From NCBI RefSeq assembly GCF_009914755.1, contig NC_060925.1: a DNA stretch of 64,000 bases. One strand, 5' to 3'. The notes under the pieces were generated by a model. That model saw only the letters and a list, made by a program, of their open reading frames with translations. It was not told the DNA's origin and did not search any database. Position numbers and translations under genes: made by a program. Origin of the DNA: the human T2T-CHM13v2.0 reference genome, Homo sapiens. Below are positions 54,017-64,000 of this stretch, one piece after another. Each line of letters opens with the position of its first letter. The stretch's first letter is position 1.

Positions 54017-56347
54017 AGCCCCCGCAGCCGCCGCAGCCGCCGCCGCGTCCTGCGGGGCGGTTCCCCGGGGGACGGGGGCGGGCCCGCGTCTGCCCAACAG
54101 CCGCTCCAGCCACTGGCTGGCCGCGGCCGCCCGGCTCAGGCCAATCGCGGCGCGAGGGCGGGGCATCCCCCCCTGGGGGTCTGGGCGGGGCCCGACGCGG
54201 GGCTGAGCAGAGGGTTTGACAGGCGGCGGCCGGCTGGATCCCCGCGCTGCCCGCTGTTCTCAGACGGCCGAGCCGGGCAGGACGGCGGGGCGGCGCCGCG
54301 GCGAGAGAGGCTGGGCTCGGGGGTCGGCGGAGTGCGCTGGGCGTGAGGAGTGCCGGGCTGAACCCGGCTCCCTGCCCGCCTCTCCACTAGCCCCGGGCAG
54401 GATCCTCCCTTCTCCCGGTCGGTTTTCCCCTCCGTCAGATGGGAACGACGCTGTCTGCTAACGCGAAGCGGACAGATGCGAAAGTGCTTGAAAAGTTTTC
54501 TTGCAGAATCCAACCCTCTCACTGGAGAATTTGCAGAGATTTCACAGCTAGTGGGCAGCAAATTTGGGACCCAAACCCAGGCCTCTCAGCCCACTTTCTT
54601 ACGTTTGTTTTTGTGTTTTCCGCCGGAAAGAGTCCAGGGTAAAAGGTCTCAAACTCTGAAGTTAAAGATAAAAAAATGGTGCCTGATCCCAACTAGGAAA
54701 TATTCCAATTGAGTCTTGGGGAATAGGCCCCCAGCACTTAGGCTTTTAGCGAGCTCCCAGGAGATCCTTACAGATCTGGGGATTGAGACCCACTCTAGGG
54801 GTCTACTCTGTTGTCCTGCCTTCTGGGATTCCCCCACAGACAGCACGCAGTGTCTCAGGGGGCCCTGCCCAACGTGTAGGAAGAGCACGGGACAAAGAAC
54901 AGTAAGGCTTCACAGAGCCTGCAGGCAATGGCTCAGTTCCCCGCTCTGAGCCTGAGTCCTCCCGTGTAAAATGGCAGTGTTTGCCTAGGCCTGGTCTACC
55001 TGCCATGCCTACCGAAGGATCCAGCCAAGCCCTGAAATGGTTTCTGCATTTCACCTAGGCGCCTCCTGTGCACTGTTTGATGGTGGTCTGGGCTGGCTCC
55101 AAGGGGCCTGACTGGTTTCGAACTCCTTTGAAGTCTGGTCTCTTTGACCTTGGTCTCAAACTGGAAAATGTATATGGAGCCCTTCTGGACTACACAACAT
55201 GTCAAGTTCATAGCACAGGACTCTGCACAGAACAACCGACCCCAAGCAGCATCCTCAGAATCCTGGAAAACCAGGATTTTAGAATTTCAAAATCATAAAA
55301 TTGGATTTCCTATAATTTGTTTAAAATAGTATCTAACAATTAGAGTAATAATAGTAAGAAAGACTTTGAGGTTTTAGTTAGACCCACCCTCCATTCAGAG
55401 GAGAAAGGACGTGACTGGCCTGTGTCAATGTGGTGGAGGGTGGCAGAGCCCCGGGATCCAGGCTTCCTGACTCCTGGCAATGCTGTTCCTTCAGTACCAA
55501 CCACTCTGCTGCTCACAGGGAGAGGGTGTAAATCAACCATGCCCATAACACACAGGCCAAGGGTTGCGCCTCACTCAGTGCCTGCACCCCCCACCACCAC
55601 ATACTCTTGTGGAGTCACAGCTGGTTCTGCTGCCAACAAGCCATGTGGCTCTAGACGAATGGTAACCTCACTCTGGACCTCAGCTTCCCCCCTCCAAAGG
55701 CATGAAGTTGGAAGATCTCTGGCCTTTCTAGTTCTGCTCTTCTCTTCAGTAAGGCCAGGATCCAAGTCCTCTGCCCTCCCTCCACCCCCCACAATGCCCC
55801 CCCCCCGCCGCCCCGCTGCAAAACACACACACACACAACAAGCACTGCGCTGCACATTTAGTCGGGACTCTGAAAACGTTTGCTGAATGAGTCATTTAAC
55901 CAACTGGACCTGAAAGCAAAGGCCCTCCAAATTTCCAGATGAAGAAACAGCTCTTTCCATTATTCTTTTGAGCACTTACCCTGGGCCAGCCCCTATACCT
56001 GAGCTAGGGACACAGAAACACAGAACCCGCCCCCTCCCCTTCCCCTCAGTGAGCTCACAGGTCCACCTGACCAAAATAGGTGGGTTTGTGAAGGCTGGCA
56101 AAGTGATGAGAAGTTTAATCTGCTCAATAAAACAGACCTCTTAAACACTGTAAATGGCAGAACCCCTTTGGAGATACTCAGAATCTAGTAGGTATATGCT
56201 TTTTTTTTTTTCCACAAAGGAAACACAAGAAACTGTTAACAGTGGTTAAGGGAATGGAGGACTGAGGGAAGGCCTGCACTTTTCATTTTTATACTTGTCT
56301 GAACTGATTTGTGTTTTCTAAGTATATATTATCCTCCCTCTCTCTCT

Positions 56348-56664
<317 letters not shown>

Positions 56665-57212
56665 CCTCCCTGTCTTTCAATAGGGGTTATTTGAGCAGTG
56701 GGATTATGTGCTGCATTTTTTTCCTTTATATTTTTGGTATTAAAATAAAACTCCTTAATATTTTAATTGTCAAAAACAAAATAAAGTGAAACACAGTAAC
56801 CTGCTTCTCACTTTAGCAGGCTAGACAGTAATGTCTGCTTTTTACACTAACCCGTGTTACAACTCACACTCTCTTCTGCCCTCCCACAGTCTGTCTACTG
56901 GATATCTCTATCAGGATCCATCTGCAAAATCGAACATCATTTTTTCATCTCTGACGTTGCTCCTCACTCCTATGTCCCTAACTGGGTGAATGGCCCTATG
57001 GCCAACTCCCCCAGTTCAGAAATCTGAGTCATCCTCAGCCCCTCCTCTCCCATACTCCTATATCTGACTTGTCATAAATTTAACTAACAATCCTCCTCCT
57101 CTCCATCCTCACTACTACATTTCTTCCAAGTTCTTTTTGCCTCCATCCTCATCCTTCTCCTAATTAGTGATTTTCCACACTGGTCTCCTTATCAGTCTCT
57201 AAAGTATAGATC

Positions 57213-57531
57213 TGGCCGGGCACAGTGGCTCCCACTTGTAATCACAGTACTTTGGGAGGCCAAGACAGGAGGATCACTTGAGGCCAGGAATTGGAGACCA
57301 GACTGGGCAGCATAGCAAGACCTTGTCTCTACAAAAAATAAAATAAAAAATAGTCAGGCATGGTGGCCTGCACCTATACTATCAGCTAATCAAGAAGCTG
57401 AGGTGGAGGATCCCTTGAGTCTAGGAGTTTGAGACTGCAGTGAGCTATGATCATACCACCATACTCCAGGCTAAGTGACAGAGAGAGACCCTGTCTCTAA
57501 ATAAATAAGTAAATAAATAAATAAATAAAAA
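57213..57531 (+). mobile_element. AluJ
   Basis: Dimeric Alu with (TAAA)n tail; TATAGATCT on both flanks. Confidence 0.9.
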
Positions 57532-58468
57532 TATAGATCTGACCATGGCACTTCCCTGTTTAAATCTCATAGCTCCCAATGGCCATCTAAATAAAATCAA
57601 ACCATTTTCTTACCCTGCTCCCACCCCTACCCTATGTTCCAAGCACCTTGGAATAGTTTTCATCTCCTAGAATCCGGAACATATATTCATGCCTTCATAG
57701 CTCTGTATATGATTTCTCCTATGCTAATATTTTCTCCCCTTATTCACCTTGCCTACTTCTTCCTATGAATCATTTCATACCCAGCCCAAGTGTCACCTTC
57801 CCACAAGCCTTCCCTGAATCCTCGAGGGGGCTATAGCTATTTTCTCCCTGCACACTTTCACAATCCTCTGCTTTATTCTATCTGAGAACTTATTACAGTT
57901 TTGTAACTGCCTGTGTAACAGCCTGTCTCCCCCCTCTAGAATGAGACCTCTGTGAGGTCAGGGGCAGCTTTTTGCCTTTCTATCTTCAGAACCTAGAAGA
58001 GATTCCTGCACAAAGTAGGTAAATATTTACTGAATGCTGATTGAATTATTAAAGACTCACTACTAATTCATTTGCTTGCCTACATTTCTAGCTAAGAGCT
58101 TCCCCACCCTATCAAGACGTCTCTCCTCACTGTCTTTGTTCAGGGGTGTAAGCATTCACTCAGCAAATGGTTGAGGTAAAAGTAGACATTTCTGTGTCTA
58201 AGGTGTCCTGTGTCCAGGAGATAGGAGGAAGGAGAAGGAAGAGAGGTGATCGATGTTACACTGCTTACCCTGCCTCTGTGTCTTGCAGCAAGGGAAGAAT
58301 TAACATGGGGAACCTACCATGTACCATGGCTGACACTCTCCATATGTGACCTCACTTAATCCTGACAACTCTGGATAAAGAGGTTATCATCCCTATTTTA
58401 CAGGTGAGAAGATAAAAGTTCAAAATTAAGTGACCTCCCAAAGTTCCCACAGTCAAGAGCGTCTGCCT

Positions 58469-60988
<2,520 letters not shown>

Positions 60989-61434
60989 AAGAGTATCTGC
61001 CTGAGCCCAGAGCTAGGCTTCCTTCACTGCACTTTGTGGGCATTCACTGAGGACAGCCCATAGAATGGCATCTATAATGGTTGTGACTCTGGTGCTATCA
61101 AGCTGAGGGATGGCAAGTCACCACACTTGCATTCTGAACACTGAACCTGCCAAATAAAGATGACAATACCTGACCCACCGGAGCTTCCATAGAGACTCAA
61201 TGCAAAGGTGGAAAAAGTAAAATCAAAATGAGAGATGATGATAATGATGATTAATGAAATACCCCAGTTACCTCTCCCACAATTTCTGGTGTTCATCTTA
61301 TAACCTGAAGATGCACTGTCAAAAACAAAACAAAACCCTGAAGAATCCCAGTATAGAACAATAGAACACAGTCACAAAGGGCCCCTAAGGATGTTTTAGG
61401 TAAAAACTCATATGATTAGAAAATAAGAACCAAT

Positions 61435-62485
61435 TTAAACTAGGAATGCAGGAAAACTTTCTTACCTAGCTAAAGGATATCTAACAACAACAACAACAAC
61501 AACACAGAACAAAAACAATCCTCCCACCACCACCAAAACCTACAGCTAACATCACATATTTACCACTACACTTACTGTAAAGACTAAGTTCCCCAAGATC
61601 AGGAACAAGGTAAAGATTCCTGCTTTCACTATTCCTATTCAACAGCATACTAGAAGTCCCAGAAAGTGCAGTAAGGCAAGAAAAAAAAATAAAAGAATAA
61701 AAAGCATATAGGCTGAAAAGGAAGAAACAAAACTCCCTATTGGCAAGTGACATAATTGTCTATGTAGAAAATTCCATGAGATCTACGAAAAAGAAAAAAC
61801 CTCCTAGAACTAATCAATTAGTTTATCAAGGTTGCAAGATACAAGTTTAATATTTAAAAGTCCATTGTATTTATATATACTAGCAATAAACACTTAGAAA
61901 TTAAAATTTTTCAAAGTACCATTTATAATAGCACTGAAAAATTAGATATAAATCTAAGAAAATATGTACAGAATTTGCTGAAAACCACAAAACACTCACA
62001 AAAGAAATCAAAGAAGACCTAAATTAAAAGAAAAGGTATACTGTTTTCCTGGTTTGGAAAGCTCAATATTGTTAGGATGTCAATTTGCCCCAAATTAATC
62101 TAGAGACTCAATACAACTTCAATTGAAATCCCAGCAGGATTTTTTTGTTGTTAGTAATCAATAAGCCAACTGGAAAATTTATTTGGAAAGGCAAAGGAAC
62201 TAGGATAGCCAAAACAATTTTGAAAAAGAACAGAGTTGGAGAACTCACTATCTGATTTTAAAACTCACCATAGGCCAGATGCGGTGGCTTATGCCTATAG
62301 TCCCAGCCTCTTGGGGCTGAGGCAGGAGGATCACTTGAGCCGAGGAGGTTGAGGCTGCAGTGATGAGTCCTGATAGTGCCACTGCAGTCCAGCCTGTGCA
62401 AGAGTAAGACCCTGTCTAAAAAAATATACCTCACTATAAAGCCACAGTAATCAAGACAGCGTGGTATTGGCAAAAGAATATATAC
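61435..62485 (+). mobile_element. L1M ORF2 remnant with an Alu monomer at ~62272-62425
   Basis: AAACCTACAGCTAACATCA, CCCCAAGATCAGGAACAAGG, ATTCAACA..TACTAGAAGTCC, CTCAATATTGTTAGGATGTCAATT, GTAATCAAGACAGCGTGGTATTGG. Confidence 0.85.
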
Positions 62486-63456
62486 AATTTAAAAGAGTCA
62501 ACTTGATTATTCCTAAAAGTAGACTCTCTTCTGAATGAAACTTTAGGTTAATCAGAATCGCTCTCAAAATGGAAAATTAAATGGCTTGGGAAGCCAGGTT
62601 CTTCCCAACTCATTTCCTGTTTCTCCTCCTTTCTTCCCTCCTCATCCTGTGTTTTCTCTTACATGAGTGATGACCCCTCCAAACCAGGATCTGATGGGTT
62701 ATCCCAGGCTCCTTTCTCCCTACCCGCCCCTTCAGACACCAAGGCTGTGATTCCTGCCTTCTGAGCACCTGCTCTCCACCACCACAGCAGTGGCCCTCGT
62801 GAGGCCCCATCATGTCCATCCTGAATCACGGGGCCAGCTTCCCATTGGTCTCCCTGCCTCCAGCCTGGCCCCTCCAGTCCATTCTCCCTACAGCCAGAGC
62901 AATCTTCCTAAATCACCCATCCAACCATGTGGCTCTCCTAGCTCCAAGCCTTCTCAATGCTGGGGAACTCCTTGGAGGCAGGAATTCTTTGTCACAGTAG
63001 CCTCAGGACCGAGCCCATGCGTGGTGCCCACGCACACTCAGCGAATGATGATTGAATAAATGCACGTTAATAAAGTAGATGAAGAACTTATTGAAGGAGG
63101 TGCAGGCCCTTCAAAACCTCATTCAGAGAGGTCAAAACACAATGGCTAAGAATGCAAGGAGGAGGCACCAAGGTCTGGATCCCAGCAGTCTCTATTCTCA
63201 TCCAACAATATTGGTTGAATACCTACAATGTACTCAGCACTGTCCTGGGCGCCAGAGATTCATGGAGCTTCTCTGTGGACACAGAGTATTCAACTAATCA
63301 TACAAATGAATGCATCATCACAAATGATAAGACCCTAAGGGAGAATGCTCCATGCTATGAGAGGGTGGGAAATGAGGAAGGGGACTGGAGGCCTGACCCC
63401 ATCTATGGGGTCCAGGAAGGCTTTCCTGTGGAGGTGATCATTAAACTAGACTCTAC

Positions 63457-63768
<312 letters not shown>

Positions 63769-64000
63769 AAACTAGACTCTGTGAGGAGGAGAAGTTACTG
63801 GTTGTGGCATTGAGGGAAAGCTTTCCAGCTAGATAGAGGACGATGTCCGAAAGCCCTGAAACTAAAGGAACTAAGATCACTTCCAGGCAGCAAAAGAAGG
63901 GCAGTGTGACTGGAGCCACAGAGTGAAGGGCAGGAGGGCATCAGATGAGACTGAGGAAGGGCAAGGTCTGGATGCTAAAGGAATGAAGGATTTTACCTGG

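Larger units (their letters stand above)
52540..54480. promoter_or_regulatory. GLIS1: CpG island / GLIS1 main promoter
   Basis: About 2 kb of very high GC and CpG density against a CpG-depleted background; CCAAT at 54141-54145; GGGCGG boxes near 54076, 54156 and 54183; GCC/GCA-rich run at ~54010-54047. Confidence 0.93.

Noticed and set aside
53167-54346. Long plus-strand ORFs (350, 254 and 192 aa) in the CpG island
   Set aside because: Stop depletion is expected at extreme GC content; low-complexity P/R/A/G translations with no recognisable domain.

Overview
Human (primate) genomic DNA, rich in Alu, L1, MIR and L2 repeats. I recognise it as the 5' end of GLIS1 (Kruppel-like zinc-finger transcription factor), transcribed on the minus strand. 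A CpG-island promoter (~52.5-54.5 kb) holds a short non-coding exon 1 (donor at 53957) and a 301-nt first coding exon (52958-52658) encoding MHCEVAEAHSDKRP...AAAAGK. A probable TATA/AP-1-type alternative first exon lies at ~49056-48755. Everything left of that is the very large GLIS1 intron; everything right of ~54.5 kb is repeat-dense upstream DNA. The most unusual structure is at 27.6-28.7 kb: a 5'-truncated Alu, bounded by a decayed target-site duplication, whose 39-bp B-box-region segment is amplified into a 21-copy polarised minisatellite with three open frames. It sits immediately downstream (in GLIS1 sense) of an apparently splice-competent, stop-containing antisense-Alu cryptic exon. 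Almost all other ORFs in the track are chance or repeat-derived. Repeat subfamily calls are by eye from remembered consensus sequences, and their boundaries are approximate.
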